From: a bacterium
GTDB lineage: Bacteria; Bacteroidota; Ignavibacteria; Kapaibacteriales; Kapaibacteriaceae
DNA: 51,484 bases
NCBI GenBank assembly: GCA_024711065.1
Contig: JANJTN010000128.1
Location: forward strand, 1 to 51,484
Reading direction: 5' to 3'
Within the stretch, counting starts at the first letter, position 1. The number at the start of each line of letters is the position of its first letter. The position numbers were made by a program, and so were the translations under genes. The notes beneath the pieces were generated by a model. The model ran no database searches and was not told the origin of the DNA. It was given only the letters and a program-made list of their open reading frames with translations. This document shows positions 10,403 to 20,120 of this stretch, piece after piece.

Positions 10403-10413
10403 GCTGTTCTCCC

Positions 10414-10707
10414 TTACTTCGCGCGTTCGATGATCTCAACCAGTGCCCAGCGCTTGCGTGCGCTCAACGGACGGCTCTCGACAACCTTTACGGTGTCGCC
10501 GATGTTGCAGTCGTTGTTCTCATCATGCGCCATGACCTTCTTGGTCTGCTTGTAGTATCGCTTGTAGATCGGATGAGCCACCTGGCGCTCGATGCTGACC
10601 ACGATGGTCTTGTCGGCCTTGTTGCTCACAACCTTGCCGATCCGGACTTTCTTGCGTCCGGTTTCCGGCGTCGTCGATGCTGTCGTTGCGTCTGCCATGT
10701 CTGTCAT
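10414..10707 (-). CDS. rpsQ: 30S ribosomal protein S17
   Basis: [35 protein letters not shown]; start may be the second ATG at 10698. Confidence 0.96.
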   Translation of the reverse strand: MTDMADATTASTTPETGRKKVRIGKVVSNKADKTIVVSIERQVAHPIYKRYYKQTKKVMAHDENNDCNIGDTVKVVESRPLSARKRWALVEIIERAK

Positions 10708-10712
10708 CCGAT

Positions 10713-10919
10713 TCAGTTGCTGGTGTTCTTGCGTTGGTGCAGGATGGTTTTCATCCGTGCAATGTCCTTGCGGATCGTCTTCAGGCTTGCGGTGTTGTCC
10801 AGCTGGCCAAGGGTCCGCTGGAACCGAAGACGGGTGATGCTTTCCTCGGCGTCGGCCAGGAAGGTCTCAAGTTCTTCGGTCGTGAGGCTACGTAGGTCCT
10901 CTGCTTTACGAGCTTTCAT
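10713..10919 (-). CDS. rpmC: 50S ribosomal protein L29
   Basis: [15 protein letters not shown]...LRFQ...[15 protein letters not shown]; start set to ATG 10919 just after the rplP stop. Confidence 0.94.
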   Translation of the reverse strand: MKARKAEDLRSLTTEELETFLADAEESITRLRFQRTLGQLDNTASLKTIRKDIARMKTILHQRKNTSN

Positions 10920-10921
10920 GA

Positions 10922-11341
10922 TCAGGCCCCCAGATCGACACGTTGAACGAACTTGCATTTGATCGGCAGCTTGTGCGAGGCGAGGCGAACGGCTTCTTGT
11001 GCGCGCTCACGCGACACACCGTCGATCTCGAACAACACGCGGCCCGGCTTCACCACGGCTACCCAGAGTTCCGGGTTGCCTTTCCCCGATCCCATTCGCG
11101 TCTCGGCCGGCTTCTTGGTCACAGGCTTGTCCGGATAGATCCGGATCCACACCTTGCCGTCGCGACGCAGGTAGCGGTTGATGGCGATACGAGCGGACTC
11201 GATCTGGCGGTTGGTGATCCATGCACCTTCCAAAGCCTTCAGGCCGAACGAGCCAAACGCTACGGTGGAGCCACGATAGGCCTTGCCACGGCGGCGACCA
11301 CGCTGGGTCTTACGGTGCTTTACTCTCTTCGGGATGAGCAT
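10922..11341 (-). CDS. rplP: 50S ribosomal protein L16
   Basis: [32 protein letters not shown]. Confidence 0.98.
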   Translation of the reverse strand: MLIPKRVKHRKTQRGRRRGKAYRGSTVAFGSFGLKALEGAWITNRQIESARIAINRYLRRDGKVWIRIYPDKPVTKKPAETRMGSGKGNPELWVAVVKPGRVLFEIDGVSRERAQEAVRLASHKLPIKCKFVQRVDLGA

Positions 11342-11362
11342 TACGGTTTCCTAACTGTCTGC

Positions 11363-12010
11363 TTACTTCTCGTTGTTCTGTTGCTTGCCGATCACATCGC
11401 CACGGCAGATCCATACTTTCACGCCGATCGATCCGTAGACCGTCTCGGCACGTCCCTGAGCATAGTCGATGTCCGAGCGGAGTGTGTGCAGCGGAACGCG
11501 GCCTTCCTTGTACTGCTCCGTGCGCGACATGTCGGCGCCACCAAGGCGACCCGAGCACATCACCCGCACGCCTTCAGCCCCAACTCGCATCGTGCTGCTC
11601 ACAGCGTTCTTCATGGCGCGTCGGAAGGAGATCCGCCCCTCAAGCTGAGCAGCGATGTTGTCGGCCACCAGCTGGGCATCCAGTTCCGGTCGCTTGATCT
11701 CGCTGATCAACACCTTCACATCACGCTTGGTGAGCTTCCGCAGCTCTTCTTCCAATTGGTTGATGTCCTTGCCGGAACGACCAATGATCACACCTGGACG
11801 CGACGTGTTGATCGTGATGCGCAGCTGCTTGGCAGTACGCTCTACGATCACACGGGCAACGCCGGCCTTCTTGAGACGATTCTTGATGTAGTTGCGAACC
11901 ATCAGGTCTTCCTGAAGCTTCTCAGCTACGTTCTTCTCGTCGAACCAATTGGCGTCCCACTGGCGAATGATGCCAAGACGCAATCCGATAGGGTTGGACT
12001 TCTGACCCAC
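11363..12010 (-). CDS. rpsC: 30S ribosomal protein S3
   Basis: GQKSNPIGLRLG, RPGVIIGRSG, SGRLGGA, GRVPLHTLR. Confidence 0.98.
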   Translation of the reverse strand: MGQKSNPIGLRLGIIRQWDANWFDEKNVAEKLQEDLMVRNYIKNRLKKAGVARVIVERTAKQLRITINTSRPGVIIGRSGKDINQLEEELRKLTKRDVKVLISEIKRPELDAQLVADNIAAQLEGRISFRRAMKNAVSSTMRVGAEGVRVMCSGRLGGADMSRTEQYKEGRVPLHTLRSDIDYAQGRAETVYGSIGVKVWICRGDVIGKQQNNEK

Positions 12011-12025
12011 TTGAAGATTCTCCGC

Positions 12026-12364
12026 TTACTGTTTCGTAGTGACGACGATGGTGAGATGATGAGAGCGCTTCCGAATCCGGTACGCGCGACCCATCGGTGC
12101 CGGGGAGATCCGCTTCATCGTCGGTCCTGGATCCACAAAGGCCTCCTTGACGACGATCGACTCGGGATCGATCCCTGCATCCTTTTGCGTCAGGTTGTTG
12201 ATCGCCGACTTCAACGTCAGTACGGCATCAGTTGCCGCATGCTTGTCCGAGAACTGCAGGATATTCAATGCTTCCTGCGCGGACTTGCCACGGATCAGGT
12301 CTACGATCAACCGCATCTTCCGCGGTGATGATCGAGTATGCTTCTTGACGGCGCGTGCTTCCAT
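12026..12364 (-). CDS. rplV: 50S ribosomal protein L22
   Basis: SPRKMRLIVDLIRGK, GPTMKR..PAPMGRAYRIRKRSHH. Confidence 0.97.
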   Translation of the reverse strand: MEARAVKKHTRSSPRKMRLIVDLIRGKSAQEALNILQFSDKHAATDAVLTLKSAINNLTQKDAGIDPESIVVKEAFVDPGPTMKRISPAPMGRAYRIRKRSHHLTIVVTTKQ

Positions 12365-12373
12365 CGTACGTCC

Positions 12374-12661
12374 TTATCTCTTGCCTGTTTTCAGATCTTT
12401 CCGGTTGCCAGAGTGCCCTCGATACGTACGCGTCGGGGCGAATTCTCCAAGCTTGTGACCGACCATGTTCTCGGTCACATATACCGGGATGAATTTGTTG
12501 CCGTTATGCACGGCGAACGTGTGTCCCACAAAGTCGGGACTGATCGTCGACGCCCGAGACCAGGTCTTCACGACCGTCTTCTTGCTCTGAGCGTTCAGCT
12601 CTTCGACCTTGCGCATCAGCTTGAAGCTGATGAACGGTTCCTTTTTGAGGGAACGTGGCAT
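12374..12661 (-). CDS. rpsS: 30S ribosomal protein S19
   Basis: [28 protein letters not shown]. Confidence 0.98.
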   Translation of the reverse strand: MPRSLKKEPFISFKLMRKVEELNAQSKKTVVKTWSRASTISPDFVGHTFAVHNGNKFIPVYVTENMVGHKLGEFAPTRTYRGHSGNRKDLKTGKR

Positions 12662-12679
12662 AGTGTCCTACTCCTGTCC

Positions 12680-13516
12680 TTAAGCGTTACGACGACGGAT
12701 GATCATTTCACTCGAAGCCTTCTTCTTGCTTCGTGTCTTCTGACCCTTGGCCAGCTGACCCCACGGCGAACGTGGGTGCTTGCGGCCACCGCCAGATTTC
12801 GAGCGGCCTTCACCACCACCGTTCGGGTGGTCGATCGGGTTGCGAGCCATACCACGCGTGAGCGGGCGAACACCCAACCAGCGCTTGCGGCCTGCCTTGC
12901 CATACAGAATGTTCTCGTGCGTGGTGTTGCTCACCACACCCAGCGTAGCCATGCACTCGGCCGGGACCATGCGGATCTCGCCCGAAGGAAGCTTCAGCTG
13001 GGCACGATCGCCATCCACACCCACGAACTGCGCCGACGTGCCGGCGGAGCGCACCATCTGACCGCCCTTGCCGGGCTTCATCTCGATGTTGTGCACGAAC
13101 ATGCCCACAGGGATCGACCGCAGCGGCATGGCGTTTCCGTCACGCAGCTCCGAGCCGGCTCCACTCATCAGCACGTCGCCAACCTTCACCTTGTCCGGTG
13201 CCAGGATGTAGCGCTTCTCGCCATCTTCATACTGCAGCAAGGCGATACGGCAGGTACGGTTCGGATCGTACTCGATCGTCATGACCGTGGCCTTCATGCC
13301 CGTCTTGTTGCGCTTGAAGTCGATCTTGCGGTACATCCGCTTGTGTCCACCACCACGGTGGCGCGAAGTGATGCGACCGGTGTTGTTCCGTCCACCCGAC
13401 TTCCGCAGCGGCTCGATCAGAGACTTCTCCGGCTTGCTTGCCGTGATCTCTTCGAACGTGCTCACGCTGTAGAATCGTGTGCCCGGCGTGATCGGTTTGA
13501 GTGTTCTGGTAGCCAT
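12680..13516 (-). CDS. rplB: 50S ribosomal protein L2
   Basis: [39 protein letters not shown]. Confidence 0.98.
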   Translation of the reverse strand: MATRTLKPITPGTRFYSVSTFEEITASKPEKSLIEPLRKSGGRNNTGRITSRHRGGGHKRMYRKIDFKRNKTGMKATVMTIEYDPNRTCRIALLQYEDGEKRYILAPDKVKVGDVLMSGAGSELRDGNAMPLRSIPVGMFVHNIEMKPGKGGQMVRSAGTSAQFVGVDGDRAQLKLPSGEIRMVPAECMATLGVVSNTTHENILYGKAGRKRWLGVRPLTRGMARNPIDHPNGGGEGRSKSGGGRKHPRSPWGQLAKGQKTRSKKKASSEMIIRRRNA

Positions 13517-13567
13517 CGTTGATTATTCTCCGTTAACTGTCGTAGAAAGGAGCCTGATCCGAGGGGA

Positions 13568-13870
13568 TCAGTCCTCTGCTCCCTCGCCCGACACAATATC
13601 GATCGTCTGTCCGGCCTTCAGCGTCACATAGGCCTTCTTCTTCAGATTGGTTCTCCCGATCTGCCAACCGCGACGGGTGTAGCGCGACTTGACCTTGCCC
13701 TTCAAGCGAACCGTGCGCACGCTTACCGCGTCCACATCGAACATCTGCTTGATAGCGGCCTTGATCTGGATCTTGTTGGCCGAAGGATCCACTTCGAAGA
13801 CATATTGATTCAAGTGGCCGACCTTCGTGGCCTTCTCGGTCAGGACCGGTGCTTTCAAGACGGTGATCAC
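13568..13870 (-). CDS. rplW: 50S ribosomal protein L23
   Basis: PVLTEKA, YVFEVDPSANKIQIK, KKAYVTL. Confidence 0.97.
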   Translation of the reverse strand: MITVLKAPVLTEKATKVGHLNQYVFEVDPSANKIQIKAAIKQMFDVDAVSVRTVRLKGKVKSRYTRRGWQIGRTNLKKKAYVTLKAGQTIDIVSGEGAED

Positions 13871-14511
13871 TTGGCACCTCCCTTGGTTTCACCGAACGAG
13901 TTCTCCAGCGTGCTCAGTGCACTCTTGAAGATCACCACGGTGCTGTGGTTCAAGACATCGTAGGCCGAGATCTTGTCCGCCGGGAACGTGGTCACGTTCG
14001 GAATGTTCCGAGCCGAAAGCACGATCGTGCGATCCGTCTGCGGCAGCAGCATCAAAACTTTCTTGCCACCAACGTTGATGGCATTCAGGATCGTTGCCAC
14101 GTCCTTCGTCTTCGGCGCGTCCAGGTTGAAGTCTTCAACGACCACTACACTGTTCTCGCGAGCACGAAGCGACAGCGCCGACTTCCGAGCCAAACGCTTC
14201 ACCTTCAGCGGGAGGTCCACCGAATAGAGGTGCGGCTTCGGGCCGTGGATCGTAGCTCCACCCGGTAGCAGAGGCGAACGGCTGGAACCACGGCGTGCTC
14301 CGCCAGTGCCCTTCTGCTTGAATGGCTTCTTGCCACCGCCGCTGACCTCGCTACGACCTTTGGTCTTATGCGTGCCCTGCCGACGACTGGCCAGGTACGA
14401 GCGAACAGCCTGATACATGGCATGTTCGTTCGGTTCGATGCCGAAGACCGATGCCGGCAGCTCGATCGAGCCCGCCTTGGTACCGTCCTTCGTGAGTACA
14501 TCAACTGTCAT
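13867..14511 (-). CDS. rplD: 50S ribosomal protein L4
   Basis: RQGTHKTKGRSEVSGGGKKPFKQKGTGGARRGS. Confidence 0.98.
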   Translation of the reverse strand: MTVDVLTKDGTKAGSIELPASVFGIEPNEHAMYQAVRSYLASRRQGTHKTKGRSEVSGGGKKPFKQKGTGGARRGSSRSPLLPGGATIHGPKPHLYSVDLPLKVKRLARKSALSLRARENSVVVVEDFNLDAPKTKDVATILNAINVGGKKVLMLLPQTDRTIVLSARNIPNVTTFPADKISAYDVLNHSTVVIFKSALSTLENSFGETKGGAK

Positions 14512-14524
14512 GATGATCTTCTTC

Positions 14525-15145
14525 TTAAAGCTTTACGATTTCGACCACGGAGTTCATCGCTCCGGGGATGCTTCCTTTGATGATCAGGAGGTTCTCCTCC
14601 GGGATCACCTGAAGCACCGTGAGATTGCGGACGGTGACACGCTTGCCACCCATGCGGCCTGCCATCTTCATCCCTTTGAAGACTCGGGACGGGAAGGACG
14701 ACGAACCGATCGAACCAGGGGCACGCGGACGGTCGCTCTGACCGTGCGTAGACATACCAACACCACCGAAGTGGTGGCGGCGTACCACCCCCTGAAAGCC
14801 TTTGCCCTTGCCGTCTGCCGAGACCTTGATCTTGTCTCCAACAGCGAAGTTCTCCACGGTCAGCACGTCTCCGTTCGCCACCTGGTCGACCAGCTGACGG
14901 AACTCTTTGAGATGCCGGTGTGGCTGCACATCGTGCTTGGCAAAATGACCGGCTTCCGGACGATTGATCTTCCGCTCAGGGAGTACGTCGTACCCGATCT
15001 GAACGGCGTCGTATCCGTCATTGTCCTTGGTCTTGATCTGCACGACCGGGCACGGACCAGCCTCGATCACGGTACACGGCACGAATGTGCCGTCTTCCGT
15101 GAACACGCTCGTCATCCCGAGCTTGCGTCCAAGTATTGCGCTCAT
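14525..15145 (-). CDS. rplC: 50S ribosomal protein L3
   Basis: GRKLGMT, DGYDAVQIG, GKGFQGVVRRH, RAPGSIG, MAGRMG. Confidence 0.98.
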   Translation of the reverse strand: MSAILGRKLGMTSVFTEDGTFVPCTVIEAGPCPVVQIKTKDNDGYDAVQIGYDVLPERKINRPEAGHFAKHDVQPHRHLKEFRQLVDQVANGDVLTVENFAVGDKIKVSADGKGKGFQGVVRRHHFGGVGMSTHGQSDRPRAPGSIGSSSFPSRVFKGMKMAGRMGGKRVTVRNLTVLQVIPEENLLIIKGSIPGAMNSVVEIVKL

Positions 15146-15156
15146 GACTATTATTC

Positions 15157-15465
15157 CTAGACTTTCACTTCCACATCAACGCCTGCCGGCAGCTCCAGGC
15201 GCATGAGCGCGTCGATCGTCTTCTGCGTCGAGCTGAAGATGTCGATCAGGCGCTTGTGCACCCGGGCCTCGAATTGCTCGCGCGACTTCTTGTCCACGTG
15301 CGGCGACCGAAGCACCGTGTATACGGAACGCTCGGTCGGAAGCGGGATCGGACCAGAGATCACGGCTCCCGTTTGTTTAACTGTGCGGACAATTCGCTCC
15401 GCGGATCGGTCGATCAGGTTGTGATCGTACGAGCGAAGCTTGATGCGAATCCGTTGCGTAGCCAC
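15157..15465 (-). CDS. rpsJ: 30S ribosomal protein S10
   Basis: [31 protein letters not shown]. Confidence 0.98.
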   Translation of the reverse strand: MATQRIRIKLRSYDHNLIDRSAERIVRTVKQTGAVISGPIPLPTERSVYTVLRSPHVDKKSREQFEARVHKRLIDIFSSTQKTIDALMRLELPAGVDVEVKV

Positions 15466-15498
15466 TCGTTTGTTCTCCCTGTTGGGTTCTCTGAGACA

Positions 15499-15529
15499 GA
15501 AAGAGGGAAGGGGCCCCCCTCCCTCTTTC
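15499..15529 (-). terminator. Terminator/attenuator-like hairpin between tuf and rpsJ
   Basis: GAAAGAGGGA...TCCCTCTTTC inverted repeat with a G/C-run core, immediately after the tuf stop. Confidence 0.65.
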
Positions 15530-15549
15530 CATGCTCTAGTGTTGATTCG

Positions 15550-16755
15550 TTATTCGAGGACCTCGGTCACAACGCCTGCACCCACCGTGCGGCCGCCTTC
15601 GCGAATAGCGAAGCGCAGACCGGCATCCATGGCCACCGGGGTGATGAGTTCCACTTCCAGATTGTCGATGTTGTCGCCAGGCATGATCATCTCAACGCCT
15701 GCCGGCAGGTTCAGCACACCCGTCACGTCGGTCGTGCGGAAGTAGAACTGCGGACGATAGCCATTGAAGAACGGGGTGTGACGTCCGCCCTCTTCCTTCT
15801 TCAGCACATAGGCCTGAGCCTTGAACTTGTGGTGCGGGGTGATGGAACCCGGCTTGGCGATCACCATGCCACGCTCGATCTCTTCCTTGTCCACACCACG
15901 CAGCAGCAGACCAACGTTGTCGCCAGCTTGGCCCTGATCGAGCAGCTTGCGGAACATCTCGATACCGGTCACGGTGGACTTCTTCTGAAGACCAAAGCCA
16001 ACGATCTCGACTTCTTCGTTCACGTTGATGATGCCACGCTCGATACGACCGGTACCCACCGTGCCACGACCCGTGATCGAGAACACGTCCTCGACCGGCA
16101 TCAGGAACGGCTTGTCCACATCGCGCTCCGGCGTCGGAACGTAGGTGTCCACGGCGTCCATCAGCTCATAGACACTCTGCATGTCGGCATGATCCGCTGC
16201 GGCGCCGCTCGATGCAGCCTCCAGAGCCTTCAGAGCCGAGCCCTTGATGATCGGAATGTCGTCGCCCGGGAATTCGTAGCTGCTCAGCAGCTCGCGGATC
16301 TCGAGTTCAACGAGGTCCACCAGCTCCGGATCGGCGATGTCGACCTTGTTCATGAACACCACGATACGCGGTACGCCTACCTGGCGAGCGAGCAGGATGT
16401 GCTCGCGCGTCTGCGGCATCGGTCCGTCCGTAGCAGCAACCACGAGGATGGCGCCGTCCATCTGAGCAGCACCCGTGATCATGTTCTTGACATAGTCAGC
16501 GTGGCCAGGACAGTCAACGTGAGCGTAGTGACGGGCTTCCGTCTCATACTCCACGTGAGCCGTGGCGATCGTGATCCCACGAGCCTTTTCTTCAGGGGCG
16601 TTGTCGATCGAGTCGAACGTACGCTTTTCGGCCAGGCCCTTTGCGGCAAGGCACATGGAAATGGCGGCCGTGAGCGTGGTCTTGCCGTGGTCGACGTGGC
16701 CGATCGTGCCTACGTTCACGTGCGGTTTATTCCGCTCAAATTTCTCTTTGGCCAT
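15550..16755 (-). CDS. tuf: Elongation factor Tu
   Basis: [44 protein letters not shown]. Confidence 0.99.
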   Translation of the reverse strand: MAKEKFERNKPHVNVGTIGHVDHGKTTLTAAISMCLAAKGLAEKRTFDSIDNAPEEKARGITIATAHVEYETEARHYAHVDCPGHADYVKNMITGAAQMDGAILVVAATDGPMPQTREHILLARQVGVPRIVVFMNKVDIADPELVDLVELEIRELLSSYEFPGDDIPIIKGSALKALEAASSGAAADHADMQSVYELMDAVDTYVPTPERDVDKPFLMPVEDVFSITGRGTVGTGRIERGIINVNEEVEIVGFGLQKKSTVTGIEMFRKLLDQGQAGDNVGLLLRGVDKEEIERGMVIAKPGSITPHHKFKAQAYVLKKEEGGRHTPFFNGYRPQFYFRTTDVTGVLNLPAGVEMIMPGDNIDNLEVELITPVAMDAGLRFAIREGGRTVGAGVVTEVLE

Positions 16756-16840
16756 GGTGCAAACTCCTCGGATGCGTTAGGGGTTTGAGTGAATGATTGT
16801 GTGTTGCGTTGTTAAGCGTCGTTGCGATCAGTGCAGAAAA

Positions 16841-16848
16841 CAAAGATA
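16841..16848 (-). promoter_or_regulatory. Bacteroidota-type sigmaA -7 element upstream of tuf
   Basis: TATCTTTG (matches TAnnTTTG) in the ~190-nt fusA-tuf spacer; only an imperfect -33 (TATG) 20 nt upstream. Confidence 0.6.
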
Positions 16849-16944
16849 CGGAGAGAAATCGGAATAGCCATAACGGACGCACCGATTTCCCGCCGGTTCC
16901 GCGATGGACTCAGCCGGAAGCAATTGTTCTCGTGCACAGGTGCC

Positions 16945-18993
16945 TTAGCGGCCGACGGCGGGTTCGTACCTGTTAAAGGTCATCGTATAGGACCCGCGTC
17001 CCTGCGTCAACGATCGCAACTGCGTCACGTAGCCGAATAGCTGGGACAGCGGTACCAATGCCGTCACAACTTGCAGGATGTCCCGGGATTGGATCCCTTC
17101 TACCCTGCCCATGCGGGAGCTAAGGTCTGCAATGACCTCGCCCACATACTCCTCGGGCGTAACGACCTCGACTTCGAACACCGGCTCCATCAGGATGGGG
17201 CTGGCCTTGCGGACCGCTTCACGAACGGCCATCGAGGCGGAAACGGCATAGGCCGTCTCCGTTGCGTCTTCTTCTTGATATGCCGAGTCTACAAGGACCG
17301 CCACAACATCGATCATGGGGTATCCTGCGATCGGACCAACCTTGAGGGCTTCCAAAGCCCCCTTCTCTGCACTCTTTGCAAACAACTCCGGAAGTACCCC
17401 TGGTTTGAGCTCGTTGCGGAACTCGAGGCCTTTTCCGGCGTCGTTCGGTCGGATCTCCAACGAGACCTGACCGAATTGGTTCTTCCCTGCATTGCTCCGA
17501 ACGAATTCGCCCTGAGCGGTAGCCGTGGAAGAGACCGTCTCTCGAAATGCGACTTGGGGTTTCCCAACCTTCACCGGAATGCCGAACTCTCGCTTCAACC
17601 GGTCAACGATGATCTCGAGATGTAACTCGCCAACACCGCTGATGATGGTCTGGCCAGACTCTGCATCCGTATGGAATCGAAACGTCGGATCTTCTTCAGA
17701 GAGCCGATGTAAGGACTCCGCAAGCTTGTCTTGGTCTGCCAGCGTTTTTGCTTCGATCGCCTGATTGATCACAGGCTCGGCAAAGGTGATGTTCTCCAGG
17801 AGAATTGGCTTCTTGGTGTCGCAGAGCGTGTCGCCGGTTCTGGTGAACCGCAGCGCCGGGATGGCCACAATGTCCCCGGCAAACGCCTCATCCAGCTCGT
17901 CGCGCTTGTTTGCGCGCATCCGAATGATCTTGCCGATGCGCTCCTTCTTCTCTTCGTTGGTCACGTTCAGCACCTGCGTTCCGGTGCTGAGCGATCCGGA
18001 GTAGATGCGGATGAAGGTCAGCCGGCCAACAAAGGGATCCGTGATCACCTTGAAGGCCAGTGCCGAAAACGGCGCATCGTCGTCCGGTGGCCGGGTGTCC
18101 TCTTTGTCAGGATGCTTCACATCGTGCCCGTGCACATGCCCTACGTCCAGCGGCGAAGGAAGGTAGTCTACTACGGCATTCAAGAGTTGTTGCACACCCT
18201 TGTTCTTGAAGGCCGATCCACAAAGGACCGGTGTGATCCGGGAATGCAACGTGGCCTTTCGAAGGGCCGTCTGGATCTCGTGGTTCTGAAGGGTCTCGCC
18301 CGCAAGGTATCGCTCCAGCAGGGCGTCGTCGAACTCGGCAATCGATTCGATCATCACGGTTCGGGCTTCCTCAGCGGCACTGAGCAACTCGGCCGGGATC
18401 GGTTGTTCGTCGAAGTGGATCCCCTGCTCGTTGTCGAACACCAGTGCCTTCATGGTGATCAGATCGATCACTCCGGTAAAGGTGTCCTCGGCCCCATACG
18501 GGATCTGGATCGCTACCGGTGTTGCGCCCAACCGGGCTCGCATCATCTCCAGTACTCGGGAGAAGTTGGCCCCGGGCCGGTCCATCTTGTTCACAAAGGC
18601 AATGCGCGGTACGTGGTACTGCTCTGCCTGATGCCAGACCGTCTCCGACTGCGGCTCTACGCCGGATACTGCACAAAAGAGGGCGATCGCGCCATCCAAC
18701 ACTCGAAGGGATCGTTGAACCTCTGCCGTGAAGTCCACGTGCCCCGGCGTGTCGATGATGTTGATCGTGGTATCGTGCCACTTGGTCGAAACCGCGGCCG
18801 ACGTGATCGTGATGCCACGCTCTTTCTCCTGCTCCATGTAGTCCGTGAAAGCAGTGCCTTCATGAACTTCACCCATGCGATGCAACACACCAGTGTAGAA
18901 CAGGATCCGCTCCGTCGTCGTCGTCTTACCGGCATCAATGTGGGCCATGATGCCGATGTTGCGTACGTGGTCAATGGCGACGGTGCGTGGCAT
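16945..18993 (-). CDS. fusA: Elongation factor G, str-operon copy, divergent (EF-G2/spdEFG2-like)
   Basis: Intact G motifs [23 protein letters not shown], but degenerate domain IV loops ([11 protein letters not shown]; [14 protein letters not shown]). Confidence 0.93.
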   Translation of the reverse strand: MPRTVAIDHVRNIGIMAHIDAGKTTTTERILFYTGVLHRMGEVHEGTAFTDYMEQEKERGITITSAAVSTKWHDTTINIIDTPGHVDFTAEVQRSLRVLDGAIALFCAVSGVEPQSETVWHQAEQYHVPRIAFVNKMDRPGANFSRVLEMMRARLGATPVAIQIPYGAEDTFTGVIDLITMKALVFDNEQGIHFDEQPIPAELLSAAEEARTVMIESIAEFDDALLERYLAGETLQNHEIQTALRKATLHSRITPVLCGSAFKNKGVQQLLNAVVDYLPSPLDVGHVHGHDVKHPDKEDTRPPDDDAPFSALAFKVITDPFVGRLTFIRIYSGSLSTGTQVLNVTNEEKKERIGKIIRMRANKRDELDEAFAGDIVAIPALRFTRTGDTLCDTKKPILLENITFAEPVINQAIEAKTLADQDKLAESLHRLSEEDPTFRFHTDAESGQTIISGVGELHLEIIVDRLKREFGIPVKVGKPQVAFRETVSSTATAQGEFVRSNAGKNQFGQVSLEIRPNDAGKGLEFRNELKPGVLPELFAKSAEKGALEALKVGPIAGYPMIDVVAVLVDSAYQEEDATETAYAVSASMAVREAVRKASPILMEPVFEVEVVTPEEYVGEVIADLSSRMGRVEGIQSRDILQVVTALVPLSQLFGYVTQLRSLTQGRGSYTMTFNRYEPAVGR

Positions 18994-19041
18994 GGTCGTC
19001 GTTGGAAAACTCCAGTCGTGTCAAAGAACGATATCGAACGT

Positions 19042-19509
19042 TTACCAGCGGAAGTGAGAGAAGGCGCGGTTGGCATCGGCCATCCGGTGCATCTCGTCAC
19101 GACGCTTAATGGCCCCGCCTTCACCGTTGGCGGCAGCCTGGATCTCACTTGCAAGTTTGGACGCCATCGAACGATCACGGCGATCCAGAGCATACTTCTT
19201 CAGCCAACGAATGGCCAAGGCCACCCGTCGCTCCTCGCGCACTTCCATCGGCACCTGATACGTGGCACCACCAACGCGGCGCGGACGGATCTCGACCGCC
19301 GGTGCCACATTGGCCATGGCCTTACGGAACACCTCCAACGGGTCTTCCTTGGTCTTCGATGCAATGATGTCCATCGCGTCGTACACACAGGCACGGGCCG
19401 TAGCCTTCTTGCCGTCTTCCATGATGATGTTCACGAACTGCGCCAACACCACGTCATTGAACCGCGGGTCCGGCGTTACGCGTCGCTTTTCTGCTCTTTT
19501 CTTGCGCAT
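19042..19509 (-). CDS. rpsG: 30S ribosomal protein S7
   Basis: RRVGGATYQVP, HRMADANRAFSHFRW. Confidence 0.98.
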   Translation of the reverse strand: MRKKRAEKRRVTPDPRFNDVVLAQFVNIIMEDGKKATARACVYDAMDIIASKTKEDPLEVFRKAMANVAPAVEIRPRRVGGATYQVPMEVREERRVALAIRWLKKYALDRRDRSMASKLASEIQAAANGEGGAIKRRDEMHRMADANRAFSHFRW

Positions 19510-19547
19510 GTCGATCTATTCTACTGAGTGTCGTATTCAGATGGAGA

Positions 19548-19931
19548 TTACTTACCGCCGGCCTTCGGACGCTTGGCGCCGTACTTGGAACGCGCTTGCA
19601 TGCGCTTGGCCACGCCCTGCGTGTCGGCCGCACCACGTACGATGTGATACCGTACACCCGGCAGGTCCTTGATCCTGCCACCGCGGATCAACACGATGGA
19701 GTGCTCCTGCAGGTTGTGCCCTTCTCCCGGAATGTAGGCCGTAACCTCGATGCCGTTGGTCAGACGCACACGGGCCACCTTGCGAAGCGCCGAGTTCGGC
19801 TTCTTCGGTGTGGTGGTGTACACACGCGTACAGACGCCCCGCTTCTGCGGGCAGGACTGCAACGCCGGAGACTTGCTCTTCTCGACGATGACTTTGCGGC
19901 CCTTGCGGACCAGTTGGCTCATGGTTGGCAT
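19548..19931 (-). CDS. rpsL: 30S ribosomal protein S12
   Basis: [41 protein letters not shown]; start set to ATG 19931. Confidence 0.98.
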   Translation of the reverse strand: MPTMSQLVRKGRKVIVEKSKSPALQSCPQKRGVCTRVYTTTPKKPNSALRKVARVRLTNGIEVTAYIPGEGHNLQEHSIVLIRGGRIKDLPGVRYHIVRGAADTQGVAKRMQARSKYGAKRPKAGGK

Positions 19932-20022
19932 TCGTTCTTGCCTTCGTGATTCGTTGCGTTCGTAGACAGGTTGAGAGACGCTACAAGGCGCATAGGGGGC
20001 ACCTATGCACCAGTAGAGCTGA

Positions 20023-20054
20023 CAAAAGTACGGGGCGGAAGCGGCATTTGCAAA
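20023..20054 (-). promoter_or_regulatory. Bacteroidota-type sigmaA promoter of the str operon
   Basis: Minus strand TTTG-N20-TACTTTTG, matching the -33/-7 consensus TTTG-N19..21-TAnnTTTG, ~90 nt upstream of rpsL. Confidence 0.8.
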
Positions 20055-20120
20055 TACCACGTCCGCCCGACGTCAAGTTTGGTAAGGGGCTCGCCAGATG
20101 TACACCGCGCCGGCTGCCGC

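Noticed and set aside
16945-18993. str-operon fusA as a pseudogene or a TetM-like ribosomal protection protein
   Set aside because: The frame is intact with all GTPase motifs and EF-G-like domain III/V sequences; divergence is concentrated in domain IV, and no TetM-type loop signature was recognised.
19932-20060. Extended ORF-track starts for rpsL (also rpmC, rplJ, rplA, gluQ and the lipoprotein)
   Set aside because: Homology, RBS position and upstream promoter or RNA elements favour the downstream ATGs given in the features.
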